DNA of 64,000 nt from a virus. Lineage: Duplodnaviria > Caudoviricetes. Of this stretch, positions 52,823 through 62,568 are shown piece by piece. Each line of letters begins with the position of its first letter. Position 1 is the stretch's first letter. The translations under genes were made by a program, and so were the position numbers. The notes under the pieces are model-generated. The model saw only the letters and a list, made by a program, of their open reading frames with translations. It was not told the origin of the DNA and made no database searches. The stretch lies in the IMG/VR virus record IMGVR_UViG_3300021255_002417, positions 1-64,000 of that record. One strand, 5' to 3'.

Positions 52823-52841
52823 AATTACTTCTCCATAGAGT

Positions 52842-53588
52842 CTAGTTACTTAAGAGCTGTGCTTCTCTTAATCTATTACAAGCTATGTTAAAATAATTTA
52901 AATCTTTCTCAATACCAATAAAGTTCCTGTTAAGATTTTTACATGCAACGCCAGTTGTACCTGAGCCCATACAAAAATCCAATACAGTATCATCTTTATT
53001 TGTAAATAGCGTGATAATACGTTCCATTAGTTTTATAGGTTTTTGTGTAGGGTGATTAACTTTTTCTTTAGAGTTATAAGGTAAAGATGGAATATCTGTC
53101 CAAACATCAGATAAAGTAATACCGTCTTTTAGTATTCCAGTTTTATACTCTTGCCGGTCTAAATTTGACTTTACTTTAATAGAATTAAACACTGAAGATT
53201 TTCCTTTAGACCAAAATAAAATTGGCTCATAGCCACTTGCTAATGCCTTACCTCTTGTATTATTAAAGCCTCTCTTCCTTACCCATATAATTGTCCTATT
53301 CTCTTCAAAGCCATTTTCATAAAGTACTTTACACATTCTCCATATATTTTGTCTTGAGCAGAATAGTATAATGTTTCCGTTAGGCTTTATAATTTTATTT
53401 ATACATTTAAGTATAGAATTAAACCATTCAATGTAATCATCTACGCTGTCCCATTGGTTGTCAAAGCTAGCTTTGACAATCTTAAAATATGGTAAGTCGC
53501 AAATAACATGATCAACTTGTAAATTGCAAGTATACATCTCTACCATTTGTATTAGGCAATCATTATTATATAATTTATATTCACTCAT
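52842..53588 (-). CDS. N6A/N4C DNA methyltransferase (beta class)
   Basis: ICDLPY, NHPTQKP, VLDFCMGSGTTG, FIGIE. Confidence 0.9.
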   Translation of the reverse strand: MSEYKLYNNDCLIQMVEMYTCNLQVDHVICDLPYFKIVKASFDNQWDSVDDYIEWFNSILKCINKIIKPNGNIILFCSRQNIWRMCKVLYENGFEENRTIIWVRKRGFNNTRGKALASGYEPILFWSKGKSSVFNSIKVKSNLDRQEYKTGILKDGITLSDVWTDIPSLPYNSKEKVNHPTQKPIKLMERIITLFTNKDDTVLDFCMGSGTTGVACKNLNRNFIGIEKDLNYFNIACNRLREAQLLSN

Positions 53589-53640
53589 ATAATATTACTC
53601 GCAGTCAATTATTTGTAATATGCTATTAAATTTATAAATA

Positions 53641-54525
53641 CTAGCTTTTACAGTATTCATCTAATGATTCAAGCGCTTTGTCAATATTATCTGAAACAAA
53701 CCTTGCTGTCTTATAAGCATATTCACTTTGTAGGTTGGACCACTCTTTACGCTTGTCTTCCAGTTCTTGATCTAAAATTTCTTTCTGCTTTTCTACATAT
53801 TCATTAAAATCGTCATATACATTTTTACGCAAATCAATCTTTGCTTTTAAGTCGATAGCTTCTTTTGAATTTATAAATTCATTATTTGAATCTTCAGATA
53901 CTCTTTTAATGACATATTGCTTTAAGTTTATTTCTTGTACAAACCAATTATGATTTTTGCACATGTAACATCTGCCACTCTGAACATTATTATAGGCACA
54001 GAATTCGCATTTATTATTTCTATCTTTATACTCTTTAATGTATTTGCTAATATCATACATTGGCTTATTGTCTTCTACAATCATATTTTCAAATTTGAAT
54101 ATCAGTTCTATAGTATCTCCAGAAAAGCATTCAACATTTGGATTAAATAACGGATAGAATTCTTCAAGATTCCATTTCTTAAACAAGCTATGATCATTCT
54201 TATTATAAGCATATAACTTTGCCTTTACAAGTAGATCGCTTCTGCTGCTATGTAGTGTATTACATGGGCTCCATACACTATTTACCCATCTGTTTATAAG
54301 TGGCAAAACATCTTTTATATGCTTATAGCGTTCTATGCAATGAATTTCTCCAGATGTTTTAAAGTGTAGAGACTTATATCCTATAGGACATGCTGGAATT
54401 TTAACTGCAGGAATTTCCACACGATTAACTGATAATTTAATATGCTCTTGATTATCAGAAATCTCTTTTGGCAAATTAAATTCAATTACAAAATCAAACA
54501 TGCCCAATGAATCTGTTGCAAACAT
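53641..54525 (-). CDS. Fusion protein: tail-tube-like N-terminal region plus a Cys-motif coiled-coil domain paralogous to 27708..28040
   Basis: FVIEF...VEIP...WVNSV...KAKLYAY...KKWNLEEFYP; CEFCAYN..RCYMC vs CDYCKHH..RCVDC. Confidence 0.45.
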   Translation of the reverse strand: MFATDSLGMFDFVIEFNLPKEISDNQEHIKLSVNRVEIPAVKIPACPIGYKSLHFKTSGEIHCIERYKHIKDVLPLINRWVNSVWSPCNTLHSSRSDLLVKAKLYAYNKNDHSLFKKWNLEEFYPLFNPNVECFSGDTIELIFKFENMIVEDNKPMYDISKYIKEYKDRNNKCEFCAYNNVQSGRCYMCKNHNWFVQEINLKQYVIKRVSEDSNNEFINSKEAIDLKAKIDLRKNVYDDFNEYVEKQKEILDQELEDKRKEWSNLQSEYAYKTARFVSDNIDKALESLDEYCKS

Positions 54526-54528
54526 ATA

Positions 54529-55197
54529 TTATCTCCTATTCATAACACCATTATAATATCTGATTAACCACAAAGCATATTCTAATGAGTATGCTTTCGA
54601 GCCTTTTTGTTTTGGCCTTGATGTGAAAAAGCAGTAATCACCAATGTTATAGGTGTACACTTTTATGCCATTACTTAATCTAAATTTAGAATGGCTATAC
54701 TTCTTTCGTTTTATTTTTGATTTGTGTTTTGGTACAGTTGGATGATGTAGCATAGACATATTAGATTATCCTCGCCTGTCAAGATCGTCGTTGAATAGCA
54801 TCATTCTAACATAGTGATGCTTTTTATTTTGTTTAAGCGTATAATCGTATGCAGTGTATTTTGCTCTTCTGAATCCTTTTATATTTAAGATCTCTGAAGT
54901 AGATTCAAACATTCCAGCGTTACCATAATTCGTTTCCTGAAAATTATTAAACACTAATTCACTATCAAAAGAGTTCATTGGCAACTTCAATAGCATGTTA
55001 GAAAAATCTTTTACTGACAACTCATTCTTATATGCCTCTAAATCACCTTCTCGAAATAAAGTTACAAATGTTTTATGTGCATCTTTATTATAAGAGACCT
55101 CTAAAACAGGATGAAGTAAATTATCAGAATCACCCCATAAAACATGCCAATCTAATGGCATGTGATGTAGTATTGTTAGTGCTTTGTAAACTTTCAT
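54529..55197 (-). other. Two hypothetical CDS (54529..54759, 54766..55197)
   Basis: ORFs; 54529 belongs to the basic paralog family. Confidence 0.6.
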
Positions 55198-55242
55198 AAT
55201 AATTGTTATAATTTATAATAGTGTAGTGTAATCTAATGTTTA

Positions 55243-56034
55243 TTAGTCTATAAATATATGTTTGTTAATATAATCTCTATCTTGCGTAAGAATTGGCATA
55301 TTAAAATCAACTACCCAATCACTATGTTCTTCACCACGATTATAGCAAGCAGTGCCTCGCTTCTTATAAACTTCAAGATCATTCCAGTTTATACCACGTT
55401 CTGTAAATAATTTATCCTGCAGTTTGTCACAAGAAAGACCTTGTAATTCTTTATGAGAAAATTGTGATTGAGCTAATGATTGTATTGAATTTCTTGTGGC
55501 ATCTTGTTGTCTCCAAATAAGGCAATTACATACATCCTCTTTTGGAACATTGAAAGCTCTACAATCAAATACAGCGCCAGTCTCTAAAGCTTTATTATAT
55601 GCAGACAAACATTTGCCATTTTCTTTATCATTGAAATATTCAGGAACGTGTTTATGAACCTCTTCTCTGAATATACGATTAAATGCTAATGTGCATAATG
55701 AAGATGCTACTGAACACATCTTTTGAACTTCATTGTCATACCATGCTGATGAAGTTAACTTTTTATAATCAATAAGAATCAATGAAATTTCATCAGATTG
55801 AGTATATCCAAAAGTGCAACCTTGAATATTTTGACAAAGATATTTCATTGTTCTTATCATAGAACACATAAGTACTTCATCAAATGGCTTAATAAACCCC
55901 TTTGTGAAAGTATGGAAATGACAACCATCTAATCTAAGGATCACAGGCATTCTTCTGATAAGGTGTGATTTACTCACAAGCTCGTATTGTTTCATTCGAT
56001 CACCTAAACTAGCCATTGTCTTATTCCTTATCAC
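55243..56034 (-). CDS. thg1: tRNA(His) guanylyltransferase / Thg1-like 3'-5' polymerase
   Basis: ILRLDGCHFHTFT, YTQSDEISL, FDCRAF, WRQQDATRNSI. Confidence 0.92.
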   Translation of the reverse strand: MIRNKTMASLGDRMKQYELVSKSHLIRRMPVILRLDGCHFHTFTKGFIKPFDEVLMCSMIRTMKYLCQNIQGCTFGYTQSDEISLILIDYKKLTSSAWYDNEVQKMCSVASSLCTLAFNRIFREEVHKHVPEYFNDKENGKCLSAYNKALETGAVFDCRAFNVPKEDVCNCLIWRQQDATRNSIQSLAQSQFSHKELQGLSCDKLQDKLFTERGINWNDLEVYKKRGTACYNRGEEHSDWVVDFNMPILTQDRDYINKHIFID

Positions 56035-57034
56035 GAGTATACTGTGTTATATGAAGTACAGTTTTAGATTTAGGATCATACGGAATGTAGCTTGTTATTT
56101 CCATTGTCTCTTTTCCATTACTTAATGGAATTATACTTATATCAAGCTCAGTTCCGTAGCCAAATGTATTTTCAATAATATATTTACATACTGTTGACGC
56201 AAATGCTTTTGGAACTGTAAATGAAAATGTGCCAACAAAATGAGTATTTATATCAGTAAAGAAAACAAGGTGTGCGGCACCATTTGATGTATTCTCAATT
56301 TTATTAAGTAGCACTTTCATTGTTTAACACCTTCATATATGTTTCAAATGAGTTATCACCAATCTGTTGAATTTTCAAATGCATTTTGTAACAATCAATA
56401 TGCTGTCTCACATATTCATCTCTTGCTTTAGGTATTTCATTAATCTCTATATTACGCTTTGCAGCATGAAGTTCTCTAAACTTTCTTTCATATTCTATAT
56501 TTAGTTGTTCAATCTCTTTGTCTATGTCATTGACTTTAGAGCGTAAATCAGAATACTGTTTAGAATGCATAAACTTCTTAACAAGACTAATGCCATATTC
56601 ATTCAGCTTATCAGCATATTTGTAAAGAGGGTTATTCTTATTCATTATTTACCTCCACTCTAAACAATATTACATAACCCAAGATTAAATGCTAACCATT
56701 TCTTATGTTCTTCTTTTGCTTCATCTTCTGAATCTGCATAAATATCGTCATGTACTTTATAATAAGGAACATTAATTCTTTGTGCACTACCTCCACCAAT
56801 ACTACAATACACATTAAATGAACTTATAAAAGAATCACCATCATCTTTAGTACAAATTTCTATAGTTTGTTTAGTGTCTTTATTATATAAAGATACATTA
56901 AAGATATGTGGATTATCTGACACTGATTTATCAGAATCTATTTTAAATCCTTGTTTTATAACATCACTAATATAGTCTGCTGTTTTACTATGCAATTCGT
57001 TTAGCGTATGAAGTGACATAATCTTGTTCTCCAA
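56021..57034 (-). other. Three hypothetical CDS (56021, 56304, 56660)
   Basis: Overlapping start/stop ORFs. Confidence 0.6.
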
Positions 57035-57085
57035 TTAAGATGTATCATGATATGATGGTTATAGTATTATTAATGTCTTAAACTT

Positions 57086-58435
57086 TTATACAACTGATGA
57101 CTCCCAATAAGACATTATACTGTCTAAATCTTCATCAACAGTTGATTTGTGTTCTTTAGAATAATACTCTTCAAGTTCAGCAATCTTTTCATCTCTGTCT
57201 TTTGATTCAAGAACCTCATACTTGCATCTTGTAAGAACAGTTTGTTTTTGATTACGATATTCACTATGATCTTTAATTTTTCCGGTTAATTGAATTGTTG
57301 CGCCTTTGTCAAGGTAATACCATTGTGAGTAGTTAGAGTGATTATCTTTTACAGTATATTCTAATCTGCTTCCCGTAGACCATTTAAAAATGTTACCATT
57401 ATCATCCATGAATAAATGAATGTATGAACTACCGAAACTTGTATCGTATGAATAAGTATTTACATATTTAACTTTTACAGAAATCTTATCGCCTACATTA
57501 CCAACATACTCACTTACTTTACCATAATTCTTTTTAAGATCAAGCAATCTTTTATATTCACTTTTACGATATGATGGAATTAATGAAGCAAGAAATCCAA
57601 AGTGTCTTGCTGTGCAATATCCTGCATCTATAATCTGTTTAAGATTAAATAAATAACTTGACTTTGTAGCTTCATCTTCAGACAATGATTTAATCCATTC
57701 TATAGCGTCAACAGCTTCACTTTCAATTTTAGTTCTATTATATTCATCCATGATAAATTTCCATGTAGCATTCATACTACCGGATGGTTCAAAACCATAT
57801 TTATCAATAAGACGTTTTGCTGCTGATACAATGTCAACTACATTATATGTTTTAACTCCATTCGATTCAAAGAATACATCTGCATTATCTTCACCTTGCA
57901 TTAAGCATCTTAATTCTGAATCTCTCATTTTGAGAATATTCATATAATCATTTACTTCTGCAATAAGGTTACCATCCAAACCAGATGTGAATTCTTTTAC
58001 GCATGAAGTACCAACAATTTTTCTTTCACCATTATCGTGTTCAAGTATAACAACAGAATTACGGTGAACTTTTTTATGACAGTGATCACAATGAAAATCA
58101 GTGTCTTTATATTGTTTAATTAAATAAGCGTTATCGAAATAACATTGAACGATTCCATCTTTTCTTTGAATCATTCCCAATGAAGACCAACCATTAAATT
58201 TAAATGTAACATCAAGATTTAAATCAACAAGACTTACTTCAAAACTTTTATCCTTATTAATTGTAACTAACTTATTATATGGTGCACTTACATTAAATGT
58301 ATAATCAATATGATTCTTTTCACATTTCTTAACAATACGTTTAATCTTTTTGCAGATTTCTTCTGACATGCTATTAAGTACTGTGTAAGTAGTCATATCA
58401 TTGTCTCCATTTAAATTCGTAAAGTGAAAGCACAA
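57086..58435 (-). CDS. Conserved phage protein with a Zn ribbon and a C-terminal OB-fold-like domain
   Basis: CDHCHKKVHR, VGTSC, YVGNVGDKI...FMDDNGNIFKW...LTGKIKDH...QTVLTR. Confidence 0.6.
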   Translation of the reverse strand: MCFHFTNLNGDNDMTTYTVLNSMSEEICKKIKRIVKKCEKNHIDYTFNVSAPYNKLVTINKDKSFEVSLVDLNLDVTFKFNGWSSLGMIQRKDGIVQCYFDNAYLIKQYKDTDFHCDHCHKKVHRNSVVILEHDNGERKIVGTSCVKEFTSGLDGNLIAEVNDYMNILKMRDSELRCLMQGEDNADVFFESNGVKTYNVVDIVSAAKRLIDKYGFEPSGSMNATWKFIMDEYNRTKIESEAVDAIEWIKSLSEDEATKSSYLFNLKQIIDAGYCTARHFGFLASLIPSYRKSEYKRLLDLKKNYGKVSEYVGNVGDKISVKVKYVNTYSYDTSFGSSYIHLFMDDNGNIFKWSTGSRLEYTVKDNHSNYSQWYYLDKGATIQLTGKIKDHSEYRNQKQTVLTRCKYEVLESKDRDEKIAELEEYYSKEHKSTVDEDLDSIMSYWESSVV

Positions 58436-58695
58436 AACTATGCCAACAATCTTAGACTTCCCAATGAGTTAGTAACTCACGGGAAATTTTTGCAAAATGC
58501 AATGTCACTGCGAAAGATTTTGTTTTCTTATTTGTTGGACGACATGTATAAATTATAAATGGCTTATCTTTTACGCCTGTTATCGAGTAAACATAAACTT
58601 TACGAGCTTTATATGAAAGTGGAAAATTCGCGGCATGTTCAATACGTTCACGCTTTTTAATTGTTCTCTGTTTCATAAGTCTACCCATTTGGTTA

Positions 58696-58992
58696 ATGAA
58701 CAAGGACCCATTCCTCATTCATTTGTTGCTTTATTTATACCATGAATCAAGTCCTCTGTCAACTAATTTTTTCAGTCAAAGAGAATTTTTTCAAGGCATC
58801 AAATGAGTCTCATTGCTCATTTGATAAACCTATAGTACCATATTTCAGCAAGTTTGTCAACTAAAAAATTACCTAAAAAGAAAATTTTTTAACTAAAAAT
58901 CTGGTACAAACTTTGCATGTGGAAATCTTGGTACAAATCGATACAGACAAATAAAGCGGTGCAATTCTACCACGAATCAAATTGGTTGTCAA
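58696..58992 (-). promoter_or_regulatory. Three tandem sigma70 promoters with hairpins
   Basis: -35 at 58762, 58860, 58992; hairpins ATGAATGAGGA-ATGGG-TCCTTGTTCAT and ATCAAATGAG-CAATGAGA-CTCATTTGAT. Confidence 0.85.
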
Positions 58993-59017
58993 CTAAAAAA
59001 TTCAAGTATTTTTCTAA

Positions 59018-59811
59018 TTAAAAGTCATCCATTGTTTCATTATTATCAGGATCATTAAATGGATCGTATGATGGTTCTAAATCATCTTGTCTTTTCATTT
59101 CGTCATAATAATCAAATTTACTTCCTACTTTCCAATCATCATTATCAGAGCAGTCCCATCTATAATTTCTACATGTATTAAATCCCTCATAAGCTTCATC
59201 ATCTTTAAGGTCATTAAATACATTATCATCATCCCATATATTATGTTGCTTTGGTTCTCCAGTTAAATAGTCAAATGAATCTTGATCATCATATTCATCA
59301 CAATAACGGCCATCATCATCCCACACTGATGAATAATAATGATCTCGCCAAGTATCTTCGTAATCCCATTTATTATTTGACTTATATAATTTATTACATT
59401 CTGCTAATTGTTCTTTACTTGTATTTATAATATGTAAATTATTATTCTCACTTAATGCTGTATGTAAATAATCTTCAATTTCACCTGGCATAAATCCAGA
59501 TTCTTTCATTGCTGTAACAGTATATGCCATAACATCGAATACAGTCTCAAGTCCCTGAATACTATACATATATGCCTCCATTATGCTATACAGCAATCTT
59601 CATTTTGTTTGTCAAGATTTTCTTTATGTTTACGATAATCTTCTCGTACGTTAGCAGCAATAGAACTTAATACACGAATAATTCCCCAATGACCATCATT
59701 ACTAAGTTTACGTATGTTATGACGTTTTGCATAATTAAGTGCAGCTCGTTTACTAGCAAAGTAAACAATGTTATACAATCCAATATTATTCACTGTGTAA
59801 ACGTAACGCAT
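59018..59811 (-). other. Two hypothetical CDS (59018..about 59569, acidic; 59581..59811, true start at MRYVY)
   Basis: GGAGG RBSs before the inner ATGs. Confidence 0.6.
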
Positions 59812-59834
59812 AAGCTTCCTCCATTTATAAATAA

Positions 59835-60005
59835 TGTCATACTCAGGGATCGAACCTGAATCTTCCAACAGGCATCTAATATGATTCCTATAATTGTATT
59901 GATCCTGAACTTATAGAAATAATATTCTACTCACGAATTGAACGTAACCAATTATAGGTATTAGTTTATAGCTTCTGTGGACGTCTTCAAATTAACCAGT
60001 ATGAC
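59835..60005 (-). ncRNA. 171-nt tRNA-like RNA with a long structured insert replacing the anticodon loop
   Basis: GTCATAC/GTATGAC-A acceptor, TCAGG-TTCGATC-CCTGA T arm, 4-nt variable region, extended stem CCTATAATTG/CAATTATAGG. Confidence 0.75.
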
Positions 60006-60009
60006 AAAG

Positions 60010-60110
60010 CGGGGTGTTTTTAGGTAGCTACTCTTTTTCAGCAACAGGACATTCACCCAAAACCTCTGTGTTAGCTAGCCTCACTAACATTGCCCGATTT
60101 TAACGGGACT
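60010..60110 (-). ncRNA. Candidate multi-hairpin structured RNA
   Basis: CCCG/CGGG, TGTTAG/CTAACA, TTTTGGGT/ACCTAAAA and GTTGCT/AGTAGC stems; GC-richer than the flanks. Confidence 0.4.
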
Positions 60111-60113
60111 TTA

Positions 60114-60189
60114 TGGGAAATAAAAGATTTGAACTTTCATCTAACGGCCCAATGAAGGCCGGTTGTTTTACCAATTAAACTAATTTCCC
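60114..60189 (-). tRNA. Atypical tRNA (7-nt loop TTCATTG, nominal CAU anticodon with U37)
   Basis: GGGAAAT/ATTTCCC-A acceptor, canonical D and T arms, anticodon stem CGGCC/GGCCG extended by AAC/GTT-like pairs. Confidence 0.55.
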
Positions 60190-60292
60190 ATAAATATTAT
60201 TTATACATTGAGCTATAATGTCATCAGCGCGAACTCAATGTATATTTTTCTCTATCGCGCGTAACATCACTATATAGAGAATATTTATAAAG

Positions 60293-61485
60293 TTACGAAG
60301 CTACTTTCGGACGTTTATAATTTTTCCAATCGTTCAACGGATGTAAACCATCTACAAGCCAATCTTCCCAATGTGCAATCCCGGAATTTGGATTTACAGC
60401 ACCCTCTTCACCATAACCTTCATCATCAGCACTCCAATATGGATTGTCGCTTGATAACGATCTCCAAACCATTGCTTTATTTAATGTAGGAACAAAACTT
60501 ACTGTCTCATAATGATTATCAGTTTCATCAAATTGAAATACAAATACTGAATCAGGATCATCTTCAGGGAAATTTTCTATTTTATCAATGTAACCATAAT
60601 AAGGACTGTCAATATAGAAATGATTAAATTTCAATTCAATGCCATTTAGATTTGTAAACTCTTTTGCCATTTCTTTTGCTTTTTCATGCAAAGCACTAAA
60701 ATCATGTGTAGCTTCAACGTTCATTACTTTACCTCCAAAGTATAGTATTAAATAAGCTCGGTTAAAAGATCACCATAAACATCGCCCGGAATATCACCAT
60801 CCGGATAGTCTTTAATTTTACCCATGGAATTAATTTCGCAAATAACTCCATGTGCAGTCCGGATTTTATAACCCGTCCATTTGTTATGTTTAATTTCAAG
60901 TCTTGCAAACAAAATTGCAATAGGATTATTCGTAGTGATAAGATCTTTACCTTCAGGTGTTATAAGTGTTACAGTAGGTTCAACAGGCAGATTGTCAAAA
61001 TTAATTGTCATGATAAACCCTCTTTAATCAATGTTATTTTAACTTTGAGTTCTTGTCATCTCTATCATTGCATAAACGATCATACATAGAGAATATTTCA
61101 AACTTGAGATCTGCTACTTTGTCTTTAAGATATTGAATATTACATGGTAAAGACTCTGTTTCGCATTTGTGAAGATAGACATCAAGATCCCCTACATAAT
61201 CAACTGCAGACGCTAAATCTAATACGAAGTGTTCAACCAATTTATTATAATCTTTATAGTCTATCATGACGGTTCTCTCTATTCAATCAAAGTTATTTTA
61301 ACCTGTTTAATTTTGCATTCCTGTCCGTCATTACCATGATTAATTCTTAACTTTGCACCTTTTTCAGTGACAAATAAATGTGCTTTATCAAAACTGTCAT
61401 ATCCGTAACATGAAGAGATACTTTGATGTTTCCAATAGAATTTACCATCAGCTCTCTGAATAACGTACATTATTCTATCTTCCAT
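60293..61485 (-). other. Four hypothetical CDS (60293, 60748, 61034, 61279)
   Basis: Co-oriented ORFs with RBSs. Confidence 0.6.
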
Positions 61486-61487
61486 GA

Positions 61488-62380
61488 TTAACCAACTCCA
61501 ATTGAGAACTTACCGAAACTAATATCAATCTCTTCTTTATCAATCGGATATTCATAATATTCAGAAGTATAATAGCCTGAATCGGGAGCTTCAATGACAA
61601 CTTCCATATCAGGATCCACTGTCTTTAACATTTCAATAAGTTCTCCAGCTGTCATAATATTTTCTCCCCTATGATTTATTACCGATTACCATCTGAATCC
61701 CACTGAGAAATAAGAAGTGCAGTAGGTTCATTACCATGTTCATTAAACGGATACCCATCTTTTATGGAACGGATATACTCTTACGTATTCCATTCCAACC
61801 TTCACAATCTTCTGTATAAACAGTCAGATTCTGGTCAAATGTTTTCAGAATTTCAATGAGTTCTTTTACTGTCATAATGTATTCTCCGTTTGGTTTATTG
61901 AATGGATCCATTTCATTCAATGTAAATGAAAAGTTTTACGTAATCATTTAGAAATGTACATTATCTTTTCATCATCGTCCTGTGTAAAATCAGATTCACA
62001 CATTTCATCCTGAACCCATTCGTAGCCATCTTTACATGGCCCAACAACTACGTAATCTTCATTAAACATTTTAAGTTTTTCAATCAATTCTTTTACTGTC
62101 ATGTTATTTTCTCCGTTTGGTTTATTGAACAGGATCCATTCCCATTCAATTTATGGTTTATTTATATCACAGATTCAACTGAATGTCAACAGGAATTTTC
62201 TATTTATTTATCAGAAATGTCAAGAATGACTATATGACCGTTTACTTTAACATCGTCTTCATCAAAATCCTCAAGATCTTCCCAGCATAACCCATAGAGA
62301 TCACCTTTCATAAACCGAACGAGAACCTGTGAATCAGAATCAAGTGCCGATAATTTTTTAATCAATTCCTGTACTGTCAT
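61488..62380 (-). repeat. Tandem array of four small MTVxELIxxL paralogs (61488..61655, 61762..61875 short or frameshifted, 61944..62102, 62204..62380)
   Basis: Hand translation MTAGELIEMLKTVDPD, MTVKELIEILKTFDQN, MTVKELIEKLKMFNED, MTVQELIKKLSALDSD; duplicated leader CTCCGTTTGGTTTATTGAA at about 61884 and 62111. Confidence 0.75.
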
Positions 62381-62568
62381 TTTAAAGTCTCCATTTCGGT
62401 TCAATGAATGAATTCATCATCCATTCAATTTATGTGTTATTTATACCATGTTTTCAGCTGTCTGTCAACTAATTTTTTCCAGTCAGTTGAAATTTTTTCA
62501 AAGAACACTCAAACGACTCATTCGTCATTTGATAGGCATATAATACGGCAAACAGACCTGATTGTCAA
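62125..62568 (-). promoter_or_regulatory. Promoters with hairpins at 62125-62189 and 62404-62568
   Basis: -35 at 62189, 62468, 62568, N17. Confidence 0.85.

Noticed and set aside
5453-58718. In-frame N-terminal extensions starting in hairpin ATGs (5857, 39229, 44068, 44629, 47530, 50763, 58718)
   Set aside because: The hairpins contain several ATGs, other arrays (9915, 28306) are out of frame, and good RBSs precede downstream ATGs, so these look like ORF-caller artefacts
59835-60005. tmRNA
   Set aside because: Far shorter than typical tmRNA, has C3:G70 instead of G3:U70, and no tag reading frame or pseudoknots are evident
5834-62568. Repeated intergenic units as a CRISPR array or mini-array
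   Set aside because: The units are degenerate, dispersed and explained by -35/N17/-10 promoters plus hairpins; there are no identical repeats with unique spacers and no cas genes
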